Source: Octopus sinensis
Lineage: Eukaryota
Assembly (NCBI RefSeq): GCF_006345805.1
Contig: NW_021834280.1
Location: forward strand, 1 to 49,768
Direction: 5' to 3'
DNA length: 49,768 nucleotides
The position numbers and the translations under genes are program-made. The notes beneath the pieces were generated by a model. The model ran no database searches and was not told the origin of the DNA. It saw only the letters and a list, made by a program, of their open reading frames with translations. Position 1 is the first letter of the stretch, and each line of letters starts with the position of its first letter. Shown one piece after another: positions 38,335 to 49,768 of the stretch.

Positions 38335-38870
38335 TATCTGTTTTTATTTGTTTCAATTACCGAAATGCGGCCATGCCGGAGCACCGACTTGAAATATATA
38401 GCCGAACAAATCGACTCCTGTACTTATTCTCATATGCCGAAGAACTAATTTACAGGAACGTAAACAAACCGGCACCGGTGGAATTCTGTTTTATGCACGC
38501 CATATAGCTGCTCGTGATATTTTTCATTTTGGGGAATTTTCAGAAACTTTTTGAGAAATTGGTTTCTACACAATTCGTAAAATTTACCAAAAAATTCTGT
38601 TTCTCGTGTGTAGAATTTTGCAAGAATTTTCTGAGAATTCCAAAACATAAAAATAATGATGAGGGTTTGTATGGTGTGCTTAAAGCAGAGTTCTGCCCAA
38701 ACACCGGTTTTCAAGAGATGTGGAGGCGACAAACACAAAGATACACGCACACATATATTTATATATTTATGTTCGAAGGGCTTCCACACAATTTCTCTCT
38801 GATTCACTCACAGTGCGTTGGTCGACTAGGGACTATGGTAAAAGATTCTTGCCCAAAGTTTCACCCACTG
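38335..38870 (-). mobile_element. Decayed SINE A split by a foldback insertion
   Basis: Tail part at 38335-38476 and head part at 38698-38870; caccgg occurs on both sides of the insert. Confidence 0.7.
38478..38696 (+). other. About 220-bp foldback (palindromic) insert
   Basis: 38478-38572 pairs with 38607-38696 over about 90 positions with few bulges. Confidence 0.85.
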
Positions 38871-39055
38871 GAACTGCTTCTTCTTCTTCCAGACACTGCA
38901 AGTGAAATAAAAGGAAAATGCAAATGTGCGTGTGTGGGTATATGCATGTCTGTATGTAAAGGGGTGTATATAAATACATGCATAGTATAAGACATATACA
39001 TGTATGTATGTATGTATGGATAGATGGATGGATGGATGGATGGACGGATGGATTG

Positions 39056-39116
<61 letters not shown>

Positions 39117-39482
39117 ATATATATACATACACGCTTGTATATATGTTTGTGTGTATGTATGTATGAATGTGTGTGTGTGGTTTTATGTGTATAATCTCGT
39201 TTATATATGAATTTATTTGCAGGTGAAGAAACAGTGAGAGAGGAAGTAAGGTGACGTACACAATTGTGTGTGTGTGTATGTGAGCATTTGTGTGTGTTTA
39301 TATGTCTATATATATATTTGTGTGTGTGCATGCGTGTATGTGTTTATGCATATATATACATATATTCAGTTTATATGTATATATACATACATAAACACAC
39401 ACAAATATATATATATATATATTTGTGTCGTCTTCTAAATGTTTCACGTTCTTGTCCCAGTTTGTATATTTTTTTACTTTAC

Positions 39483-39513
<31 letters not shown>

Positions 39514-41479
39514 AATATATATATATACGGAAGTACAACCGATACCGATATTGAACTAGTGCACTACTGAGTGACACAATGTTCCATAAAATGTACGAGT
39601 TCTTGTATTCTCAAAACATCGATCGATTAATCAATCGAACAATTAATCAATCAATCACCCCCACGGTATCTCTCTCCATTCTATGCCCACACATGCATAC
39701 AACTATGTGTATGTGCGTGGATTTTCCTCAAATATTTATCTGCATATAGATCAGGCTGTTTGGCTATCCATCTATCAATCAACATACCTGTTTACGAATT
39801 TATTCTTCTATTGATATCAAGCTTTCACAGTCTATCGTCATATATATATATATATATATATTTATATACATAAATAGATGCATACATATATACGTCCAAT
39901 AATTGCCCATGGTGACTTACCATTTAAAACTCCGACTTGTACTGTACCTGTTGAAGCCTCCAAGCCACGGATGGCTATAAGTGGTTTATCATTGAGCAGG
40001 TACATGAAGAGTTGAAAGAAAGAATGAACAGGCGAACAACTCGTATCAGTTTAAAGCATGCAATTTATATATTTGTTACACTAGAGTTCCTTTAAAATGG
40101 CTTTATTCTTTATATTTAAAAACTGAGTCTTCTACCTTGGATGCTAAATCTTTAGGCTTTCTTGTTAGCACGTTTTACGTAGCACATTTCTCATATTATT
40201 ATGCGTTTCCTTGGTGATTCCACCTGTGCAAGCGTCCCCAAATGCTGTATCTGCACTTAACCCCTACTCATACTGACGGAACCGGATTAAGAACAAGGGC
40301 TTCACCTGCTATTTGCGCATTCTCTTTCGTCTCATCCTATGTTTAAAGTGTTACATCCACTACTTCTGTGTCATTTGTTGTCACTCTCCCTTTCTCTCTC
40401 TCTTTCTATCACTTTCTCTCTCTCTCCCTCTCTCTCTCACTTTTCTTTATGAGACAGAAGATTGTGTGCATGTGTATTTGTGGGTCATCGTGTGCATGAT
40501 AAAAGTACGCACACACAACCACGTATGTGTATGCCTGTGTGTATGAAATAGAATTGGATTGTGTGTATGGATATGTATGCATGGATATGTATAAGTAGGC
40601 AAGACATGCACACACGCATATGCATGTATGGGATTACGTGGGTCTCTGTGTGAAAGAGTGTGGGTATGTGTGTCTGTGTACGTGGCTGAGTGTAGGAAAA
40701 CGAGCATGTATGGCGGATATTTTACTTATATCTGCCAGATATGTTCCACCTCTTGCTCGAATGGAACAAGACAAACTACAGCTTTCCGTAAAGTAGAAAT
40801 ACATTACTTGTCTCTTCCCACCGGTTCGGTGATTGATTGCGGAAGGTTGACGCAATCCGAGGGGCAAAATATTTCCAGGCTTTCGGCCTTTCAGCAAAAC
40901 ATTCTTAAGAGAGGAGTTTTCTTTTGCTTTTTACACATTTGGAAAGCAAGTCAGTGAAAAACATCTCTTCGCCATTCATCTTCACGCCCACATCATTACG
41001 CGCATGCCTAGCATTGTTTTGTTCTTGTTGTTGTTGTTATCATCAAATACATTATTTATTAAACTATTTTTTTTTATTGGTGTATTATTCTTCCATTTTT
41101 TTTTCGTCGTTTGTATTGCGTCTAATTAATATGTTTTCATTCAATTGTTTTCGTGTTCTTGTTTGGTGGTTGTTTTATTTTGTTGATTGTAGTCTTTGTG
41201 AGAGGTGAATTCGTGGAAGGAAGCCATTTTGAATTAACGTTAGGCAAGAGAATAAAATTAGTTTCAAAAAGCCTGCATTGTCGTCTGCTCTCACCTGGAG
41301 TAAATCTTTCAAAATGTTCAATGCGGATACTTCTTACTCTTTTACTCTTTTATTTGTTTCACTCGTTTGACTGCGGCCATGCTGGAAGACCACCTTAGGA
41401 TATAAAATCTAAAATAACAATTACCTCCTACACTTGCACTTGGAAACGAAAGACCGAGCAAGTAACCAATAATAATAAT

Positions 41480-41550
<71 letters not shown>

Positions 41551-41552
<2 letters not shown>

Positions 41553-42076
41553 GCCCTGATGCAATACCAGGCAGTTACTCTCATGACTTCTGATCTTAAC
41601 TGATTGGAAGTGTTATCATGTACATTGTTTTGTCTTGGTATAAAAGATGGGCTACAGCAAATATTCTGCTCAATACCACAGATTTGCTTGTCAGTTGTTT
41701 GACCTTAACCAGTTGAGCATGTCCCTTAGTGGCGGACGATATGTGCATCTCTGATCACGAGCAGAAGTAGTGGGGGAGCATCATAGCCCTGTATTGAGAG
41801 AAATTCTTTGGGGTTTAGATAATTCACCTCTGAAAACATCATCCTTAACGAACCTTTCGAGTGGGATGGGCTACTCGACCAGAACAAAATTCTAACTGTC
41901 TCCATCTGCAAGGTCATGCACTGTTTATCTTGATATGAGATCACCATGTCGCGCACATATGGTTGGGAATCATGTACCTGGTGTACCTTTATCAAACGGG
42001 TAGTTATGATTGGTATACTGGGCTTCGTATATTTTACCCCAGTTTCATTTTGATGGCATGCACTGCTCTCTCACTC
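41551..42076 (+). mobile_element. (AAT)n-tailed 0.5-kb retroposon, copy 3 (longest 5' end, small internal deletions)
   Basis: As copies 1 and 2; (AAT)n on both sides. Confidence 0.85.
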
Positions 42077-42123
<47 letters not shown>

Positions 42124-42149
42124 TAATAACAATAATAGCAACAACAAGC

Positions 42150-42510
42150 CTTTCTGCAATAGGCACAATGCTTGAAAGTTTAGGGGTAAATGATAAGTCG
42201 ATTACATCAACTACAAAGTCCAACAGGCACCTGTTTTATCGACCCCGAAAAGATAAAAGGTAAAGTCGACCTCAGCAGAACTTCACTTCCGAAAGTAGAG
42301 CCGGACGAAATACTGCAAAGCATTTTGACCGTTTGTCGAAGGAGCTAAATAAGGGAAACGGAACGGGTGATTATATTAACGCTGGTTTTCAACTGTTACT
42401 CATTTTATCGATCGCGAAACGATGAAAAGCATTCTTAACATTTGGTGGCGTTTGAACTCGGAGTATAAACAACTGAAAAAATAACGCGAAGATATTTTGT
42501 TCGACGCTCA
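42150..42510 (-). mobile_element. Two decayed SINE C copies
   Basis: ttttatcgaccccgaaag..aaagtcgacctcagc and ttttatcgatcgcgaaacgatgaaaagc. Confidence 0.7.
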
Positions 42511-43625
42511 AACAATATCAGTGTTTGAGTTGTTCTTAATCGACTCTGAAGCGATTAAAGACACGTTTGACCTCAGCGCGGTTTGAGTGCACTGACAAGT
42601 CTTATAATAGTCATTAGAATTATAATAGTCGCCATCATCATCATCATTATCATCATCGTCTCCACCACCACCATCACTATCGTCCCCATCATAGCCATCA
42701 TCATCATCTTTATCACTACTGCCAGCTTCGTTACCATCATTCCACCACCACCACCACTACCACCACCACTACCACCACCACCGCTCTCACCACCACCACC
42801 GCCACTGTCATCATCGTCACTGTCATCATCATGATCATCATCATCATCTTTATCACTATCGCTAGCTTCGTCATCATCAACATTCCACCACCGCCACCAC
42901 CACTCTTATTTCCACCATCACAACCACCACCACCACCACCACCACCATCTTCCTCATTATCATCATCCTCATCGTCGTCGTCCCGTCATCATCAACAGCA
43001 ACGGTCATAGCATCACCAACAGCATTGCCAGCAGCAACATTAATGTACAGACATTGTTGTAATGTTGGCGAATGCGAAAATATTTTTTTTATTGTATTTT
43101 CGTTTATCCTAACTTTGTGATGAGTTCAAATCCCAGGGGAGCCGACTTTTTTTTTAATCTTATTAAGGGACCGAAAAGATAATTAATCGTAGTCATCTAC
43201 GTGTATATGTATGACGGTCTATATATGTGTCTTTCTGTGTATGGTTGTAAGTGTGTGTTTTTGTGTGTGTGTGTCTGTGTGTTTGCGTGTGTGTGTGTGT
43301 AGATTTAAGAAAGAATGTGTGTTTGTATGTGTGCAAGTGTCTGTATGTATGCGTAGTAGGTGTATACGCAGATAAATATATGCATGCGTGTTCGACTCGG
43401 TGTATGTACATGTATAATGTGTATGTGTGTGACAGTCTTTGTCTATGTATACATGTGTGTATATATGTATATGTATGTGTATGTGGCCGTGTGTGTATGT
43501 AAATACGTGTATATTATGTATGTACATGTCTTTATATACACAGACACACTCACACACACACATGTATAAACACATATACATGTATTATATAAGTGTATGT
43601 GCATATATATACGTGTGTGTATGTA

Positions 43626-43657
<32 letters not shown>

Positions 43658-43791
43658 CTTGTATGTGCACGTGTATTTATGTGTATATGCGTCTGTGTGC
43701 ATATATCTGGATGCGTGCGCGCTTTTCTATACGTGTGCATCTATGTGTATATGTCTGTATGATGATGCATGTATCTGTGTGTGTATATCTG

Positions 43792-43852
<61 letters not shown>

Positions 43853-44004
43853 ATGTATTTATGTGTATGTGTGTGTGTGTGTGAGTGTACGTGAACTGGA
43901 GCAGGTTCGATCGATTATATCTCCCCCAACACCACCTTACCTCCTTACACGTCTGTTGCCTTCTGCCAATTCCAGACACCATTATCAATGTCTGCCCTCC
44001 TAGC

Positions 44005-44150
44005 GTCATCGCCATCATCATCATCACCACCATCATCATCACCACCATCATCGTCACCACCATCATCATCACCATCACCATCATCATCATCATCATCATC
44101 ATCACCACCATCACCATCATCATCATCATCATCATCAACATCAACATCAC

Positions 44151-44190
<40 letters not shown>

Positions 44191-44206
44191 ATCATCATCA
44201 CAGTCG

Positions 44207-44238
<32 letters not shown>

Positions 44239-44259
44239 TTAACCATCATCATCATCATC

Positions 44260-44303
<44 letters not shown>

Positions 44304-44337
44304 AGTCGTCATCATCATCATCTGCATCAACATCATG
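44005..44337. repeat. (CAT)n microsatellite
   Basis: Direct inspection. Confidence 0.95.
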
Positions 44338-44956
44338 TCCGCAGCACCACCTGCAGAAGCAGCAAGTAACGACAACAGCAGGTGCAACTGCACACAACAG
44401 CACCACACGCTTGTTCTATTTACAGGTAGATTGCACCTTGATGCATCAGTCTGCATCACCTGACGCAGATATTGTTGAAACATAAAATCACTTTGTTTAC
44501 GTAGACTAACACCGAAAAAATACCCAGGCCCCCACCCTTTACTCGTGCCTAGTTTACTTGTCTGCACCACTGGCTGAACCCCTTCTGGGCCCCACTAAGA
44601 AAAAAATGAAAAAGAAAACGTTGCTATAGCGTCCTTAGATTTGCTAGAAATAATAGTCAAATTTCTCTTAAATTATACATTTGTTGTCTTAGAAAAAGAA
44701 GGGCAGGTTGGTTACTGTTGACGTTGCTGTCAACCTATCTATCTATCTATCTATCTATCTATCTCTCTCTCTATATATATATATATATAACCATCTATCT
44801 ATTTATCTATCTACCTATTTATCTATCTATCTATCCATCTATATATCTTTCTGTGTCTATATGTCTGGGCAGAAACCCTTGTTAATTAATGCTACGCAAA
44901 AGCTATTCAAAGTAGTGGCAGTAGTAGTAGCAGCAGCAGCAGCAGCAGCAGCAGTA

Positions 44957-44999
<43 letters not shown>

Positions 45000-45274
45000 C
45001 AACAAAAAACCTTTACCCATCATCCTGTTGTCCTGCAAGAAATAGCAGCTAGATCTCTTTACAAATTTTATGTATATACACCTACATAACTACCTGCCTA
45101 CCTGTCTACCTACCTAACTACTTACCTATATACCTACCTACAATCTATACATATACACAAGCATGCATACAAATATATAGATAGATACATACATATATAC
45201 GTTCATACATGCACACACACGTACACATACACGCGCATGCACACACACACGCACACACACACAAACACACACAC

Positions 45275-45362
<88 letters not shown>

Positions 45363-45470
45363 TTAGACAATGGGATTCTTATACAGTGAACGCGACGAAC
45401 GAAGGGATGGTCGATGCTGGAACGTTTACTTAATTGCCTGTTTTAATCAAACTTTACCTGAAGATAAACC

Positions 45471-45506
<36 letters not shown>

Positions 45507-45620
45507 TGCAACAGCCATTTCCAGCGGATTTGGCAGCTATCGTAATGTCTTCTTCCCTCTCTAGGGTCACAGCCGGCCAAGGTTGATTATGTATTTCAAT
45601 TGTATTTTTTATCTTCATTT

Positions 45621-45774
45621 AGTGGCTGTGTGGTAAGTAGCTTGCTAACCAACCACATGGTTCCGGGTTCAGTCCCACTGCGTGGCATCTTGGGCAAGTG
45701 TCTTCTGCTATAGCTCCAGGCCGACCAATGCCTTGTGAGTGGATTTGGTAGACGGAAACTGAAAGAAGCCTGTC

Positions 45775-45821
<47 letters not shown>

Positions 45822-46079
45822 GTGGTGTGTGTGGTGTTGTGTGTGTGTGTGTGTGTATGTGTGTGTGTTTGTGTGTGTGTGTTTGTCCCCCTAGCATTGC
45901 TTGACAACCGATGCTGGTGTGTTTACGTCCCCGTCACTTAGCGGTTCGGCAAAAGAGACCGATAGAATAATTACTGGGCTTACAATGAATAAGTCCCGGG
46001 GTCGATTTGCTCGACTAAAGGCGGTGCTCCAGCATGGCCGCAGTCAAATGACTGAAACAAGTAAAAGAGTAAAAGAGTA
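45621..46079 (+). mobile_element. SINE family A, young full-length copy
   Basis: Head, CORE-like block, internal (TA)n(TG)n and (GTAAAAGA)n tail. Confidence 0.95.
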
Positions 46080-46188
46080 TAATTAGTTATGAGTCAATAA
46101 AACCTAGGTACATCAGCACGTAGGACGCCAGAAATGGCTAGGTACAATAACGTGCGTTTCCCAGTGACGTAAAACAACAATAAAGTAT

Positions 46189-46491
46189 CAAATTTCGAAG
46201 GGAATGAAAAATATAAACATTTACCATCTATCTCCTGGACCAAGTAATGTCGGCATTATTTTATTTTCTGCCGAGAAAAAAAGACTGCGCTTGCACGGTG
46301 GATTTGAAAAATTAAAATATATAACCACGGGACACATGCTGGATTGCCTCGTATTTATATGTTTAATCTAGGCGTACCTGTTGATGAAGACTTCGCCTAG
46401 CAAATCATTTTATTTGCTAACATAAAGTCAGAAACCATGGTCCAGGAGATAGATGGCAAATGTTTTTATTTTTCATTCCTTTCGAAATTTG
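46189..46491. repeat. 54-bp inverted repeat pair with 195-bp spacer (probable DNA-transposon relic)
   Basis: 46189-46242 versus 46438-46491, 51 of 54 complementary. Confidence 0.85.
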
Positions 46492-46621
46492 TCCCTAATA
46501 GAGGTTTGGATTTTAGCTGTTCCTTCAAGCATGCCAGGTACCCTATGATGGATACCTCTTATGTGTTTAAATGGACACTGTATTTTTATATATATATATA
46601 TATATATACTATATATATATA

Positions 46622-46853
46622 ATATTATTAGAGACAAAACCACTATTTTGCAAAACAAACAAGGAAAGACTTAATCAATACATAAAATTTTAATAAAAAG
46701 TCAAAAAAACCGCCACTACAATTGTTTCTTGTCCTGATCGACAATCTTCAGGTGGACTTCCAATAATATTATATAATATTTTACTATAAAATTGGATTTA
46801 ATCCTAAATCTGATTTTTTCCCTGTAAATTTGGATTTATTCCCTAATATTTAT

Positions 46854-46858
<5 letters not shown>
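46622..46858 (-). mobile_element. TA-embedded about 235-bp element, hammerhead family 3 (Penelope-like pLTR / retrozyme-like)
   Basis: Non-coding AT-rich insert with (TA)n on both sides and a canonical hammerhead in its middle. Confidence 0.7.
46713..46755 (-). ncRNA. Minimal type I hammerhead ribozyme, all core nucleotides intact
   Basis: CCAC-CUGAAGA-UUGUC(GAUCAG)GACAA-GAAA-CAAUUG-UA^GUGG: stem I CCAC/GUGG, stem II 5 bp, palindromic stem III CAAUUG, GUA cleavage triplet (predicted cut between 46717 and 46716). Confidence 0.85.
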
Positions 46859-46888
<30 letters not shown>

Positions 46889-46903
46889 TTTTACATGTTT
46901 CAA

Positions 46904-47066
46904 GGCGGAGGAGTGGCTGTAGGGTAATTAGCTTGCTTGTGAACCACATGGTTCCAGGTTCAGTTCCACTGCGAGGCAGTTTGGGCACATGTCTTCTACT
47001 ATAGCCTCGGGCCGACCAAAGCCTTGTGAGTGGACTTGGTAGACGGAAACTGAAAGAAGCCTGTCG

Positions 47067-47142
<76 letters not shown>

Positions 47143-47370
47143 CGTGCGTGTTTGCGTGCGTGTGTGTGTTTGTTTGTCTGTGTTTGTCTCCCCAACATCG
47201 CTTGACAACCGATGCTGGTGTGCTTACGTCCCCATAACTTAGCGGTTCGGCCAAAGAGACCGATAGAATAAGTACTAGGCTTATAAAGAATAAGTCGATT
47301 TTCTCGACTAAAGGCGATGCTCCAGCATGGCCACAGTCAAATGACTGAAACAAGTAAAAGAGTAAAAGAA
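46904..47370 (+). mobile_element. SINE family A, young full-length copy
   Basis: Colinear with 45621-46079. Confidence 0.95.
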
Positions 47371-47844
47371 TATAAGAATTATATAACATGAAGATGGATG
47401 ATATTAGGTTTTATAATAGATCACCATGTTTGTTTCTCTCCTGCCCACCAGCATAAAATCGCTGAGGTTACATCCATATACCATTACACAAGCTCTTTTT
47501 ATTACAATTATTACAATATATTGGAATATTTTTTCAGCAACAGCCCTGCGTGGGCGCTTCGTCGGGTGGAATGTGATTAATCATTTCCACACGGTGAAGG
47601 GCCTACATACTGCTTTTAACAGAGAGTAAATGATTTGTAGTTGTTTATGCCTTTAATGCCTTCTTCCGAGCCAACAACGCCTTCGTCCTTTTTTGCCTCC
47701 CGCTGAAAAACAAGAATCCGATACATTAGCTATTCTATTACTTGTGTCCATTCATCTTATCATAAACTCTTCTTTAGATTAATTGTTACCGAAGCTGATC
47801 TCCTGTATTGACTCTCCTTCTTCCTCTCCATCGACATAAGTAAA

Positions 47845-47985
47845 CTGTTCGGCCAAAAAAGAAGATCCGATAGATTAAGTCCCAGGCTTTAAAAATAAAA
47901 TACATTGGAATTGATTCATTCGACAAAAAATTCTTCAAAGCGGCGCCCCAGCATGGCCGCAGTCGGAAACAAGTAAAAAGGGAAA
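47845..47985 (+). mobile_element. SINE A tail fragment
   Basis: gttcggccaaaa..ccgataga..ccccagcatggccgcagtc..gaaacaagtaaaa. Confidence 0.75.
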
Positions 47986-47989
47986 GAAT

Positions 47990-48499
47990 ATGTCACGTGA
48001 TCACGTGATCGACTGGACTAACGGATGTTGTTATATATCACTGATCACAATGCGATTTACGTTGTTTCAGCTTTTGAATAATGCCAACCCGCTGGGTAGA
48101 CAGGTGCAGACCGATACTCCTTGTGATCGGAAGGTTATTTTGTTGCGGGGTTACCCGAACACAGCCGAGTGGACTGGAGCATGTAAATGTTGTGCCCAAG
48201 AACATAATGCGACGTCCGGTACAGGAGTCCGAACTCAGGATCTAGCGATAGTGAGTGTGACCCCAAGGCCACGTACCTGCACCAAGAAATTTACTCTCCG
48301 AGGCAGAATTTCGGGTGAGGTTGTTTGTGTAAAGTCAGACCAGCAATCGCCCATGCATACCAGACTCTACACTCCCCAAAATGGAACAACGTGAAATAAA
48401 GTGTCTTGCCCCAGAACACAACACACAGCCCGCGCCGGGAATCGAACTCATTACCTCATGATTGTAGGCCTGACTCTCTAACCACTGAGCCATGCACCT

Positions 48500-48500
<1 letters not shown>
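47990..48500 (-). mobile_element. Two tRNA-derived SINEs (D-like tail about 47990-48290; B-like head about 48300-48500)
   Basis: Minus head gaggtgcatggctcagtggttagag (A box), gagttcgattccc (B box) and gggcaagacactttatttcacgttg (CORE-like). Confidence 0.75.
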
Positions 48501-48565
<65 letters not shown>

Positions 48566-48589
48566 TATACATATGTGTGTGTGTATATA

Positions 48590-48631
<42 letters not shown>

Positions 48632-48650
48632 TGTATGTGTATGTATATAT

Positions 48651-48753
48651 GTAAAAGTCTCTCACTTCCCGAGCGTTAAACTAATACATCTGTTTCTTGT
48701 TTACACATCCGTCTTGGTCTTTTGTTTTGTTTGTTTTTTGTAAATTCCAACTA
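48651..48753 (+). mobile_element. Hammerhead family 1 fragment beginning at the predicted cleavage triplet
   Basis: gtaaaagtct..cttcccgagcgttaaactaatacatctgttt..gtcttttgtttt..gtaaattc matches 37564-37660. Confidence 0.65.
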
Positions 48754-48895
48754 CACACACACACAACACTCACACACACATACACACAAACGGAAAGGTA
48801 GACAGACAATTAGACACCGGTTCTTCTAGCTGGGCACTTCAGAGCCACTAAGGATGTTAATTTTTCTTCAAATATATATATATATATATATATAT

Positions 48896-49050
48896 GAGTA
48901 GTTGAATGAATTATCTTATTATGGATAATTCAGTTAACCGATACCTGGGTAGCAAATTCCCGTCAGAAAAACACATATGCAGCCTTCGAAACATATGTCG
49001 AGAATAAAGGAATTTTGTTAATTCGTCGTTCAACTCTATTCTTTCATTTA
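48896..49050 (+). mobile_element. Hammerhead family 2 element, internally deleted
   Basis: gaattatctt..gataattcagttaaccgatacct matches about 36747-36787; retains ccttc-GAAA-CATATG-TC (48983-48999) but not CUGANGA; in (TA)n. Confidence 0.65.
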
Positions 49051-49088
<38 letters not shown>

Positions 49089-49768
49089 TATATGTATGTA
49101 TGTATTTTTTTGCAGTCGTCTAATTTAATCTCTTTGCAGTTTTCAATTTACAATGAATTATTCTGGTCTTATTTATCAAATCTAATAAACGACGCACTGA
49201 AACAGATAAAGTCAGCTTGGTGTTATGTTCTGTATAGAAACAGCGTAAACTCTCTCTTTCACTGTGTTTATAATCATTAATAGTTGAAGTAGGTTCCGTG
49301 CAACAGCACATCATTTGGCCAAGTTCACCAAGGCCTGTCATCAAAGGCCTGCAAATCCGTAAGTGCAGAACTGCAGGCAAGGGAATATTAATTTGTTGGT
49401 GTACAAGCATATAAGCAAGTAATAATTAATTAAATATCAATAATAGTATTCATTAATGATGATTTTTTGACACTATAATTATTTATAGTAGGCTTTTTAA
49501 AGCTGGTTTTATTAAATATACTCACACTAACGGGCTTTTGAGAACTGGGACCATTTGAGGACCATTTAAGGACCGTGATCGGTGTAATCGACTAACCTAC
49601 TCCCCATAAATTTCAGGCATTGTGCCTATTGAAGAAAGAATTATGAAAAGCATTCTAAATTTCTATAATGATGTGGTTGCTATGGTCAAAAGAGTGAAAA
49701 TTGATCGTCTTTAAACGAACTTTGACAAGTGTTTGTTGTTTCTCACTTACGTTTATCACCCTTTTTCT

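Noticed and set aside
40711-40737. 10-bp hairpin TGGCGGATAT/ATATCTGCCA
   Set aside because: Too short to distinguish from chance without conservation data.

Overview
AT-rich, microsatellite-saturated eukaryotic DNA with no intact protein-coding gene; nearly all ORFs in the track are translations of (TA)n, (CA)n, (TAA)n, (CAT)n or (TCTA)n tracts. The repeat inventory is most consistent with an octopod cephalopod (Octopus sp.) intron or intergenic region; this is inferred from remembered repeat consensus, not from a search. Repeats found: at least four tRNA-derived SINE families (two with a CORE-like domain), decayed RTE and R4/Dong LINE pieces, an internally deleted mariner, Tc1/mariner and hAT MITEs, and an (AAT)n-associated 0.5-kb element. 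The most notable signal is a set of unrelated short non-coding inserts that sit inside (TA)n tracts and carry minimal type I hammerhead ribozyme motifs of the Penelope-like/retrozyme kind. One is fully canonical (46713-46755, minus strand), one has a long stem II, and one family shares a CUGUNGA core variant. A second notable signal is a 220-bp foldback nested in a SINE whose arms differ by 12 G.U-compatible and zero A.C transitions. All alignments and folds were done by eye and SINE boundaries are approximate.
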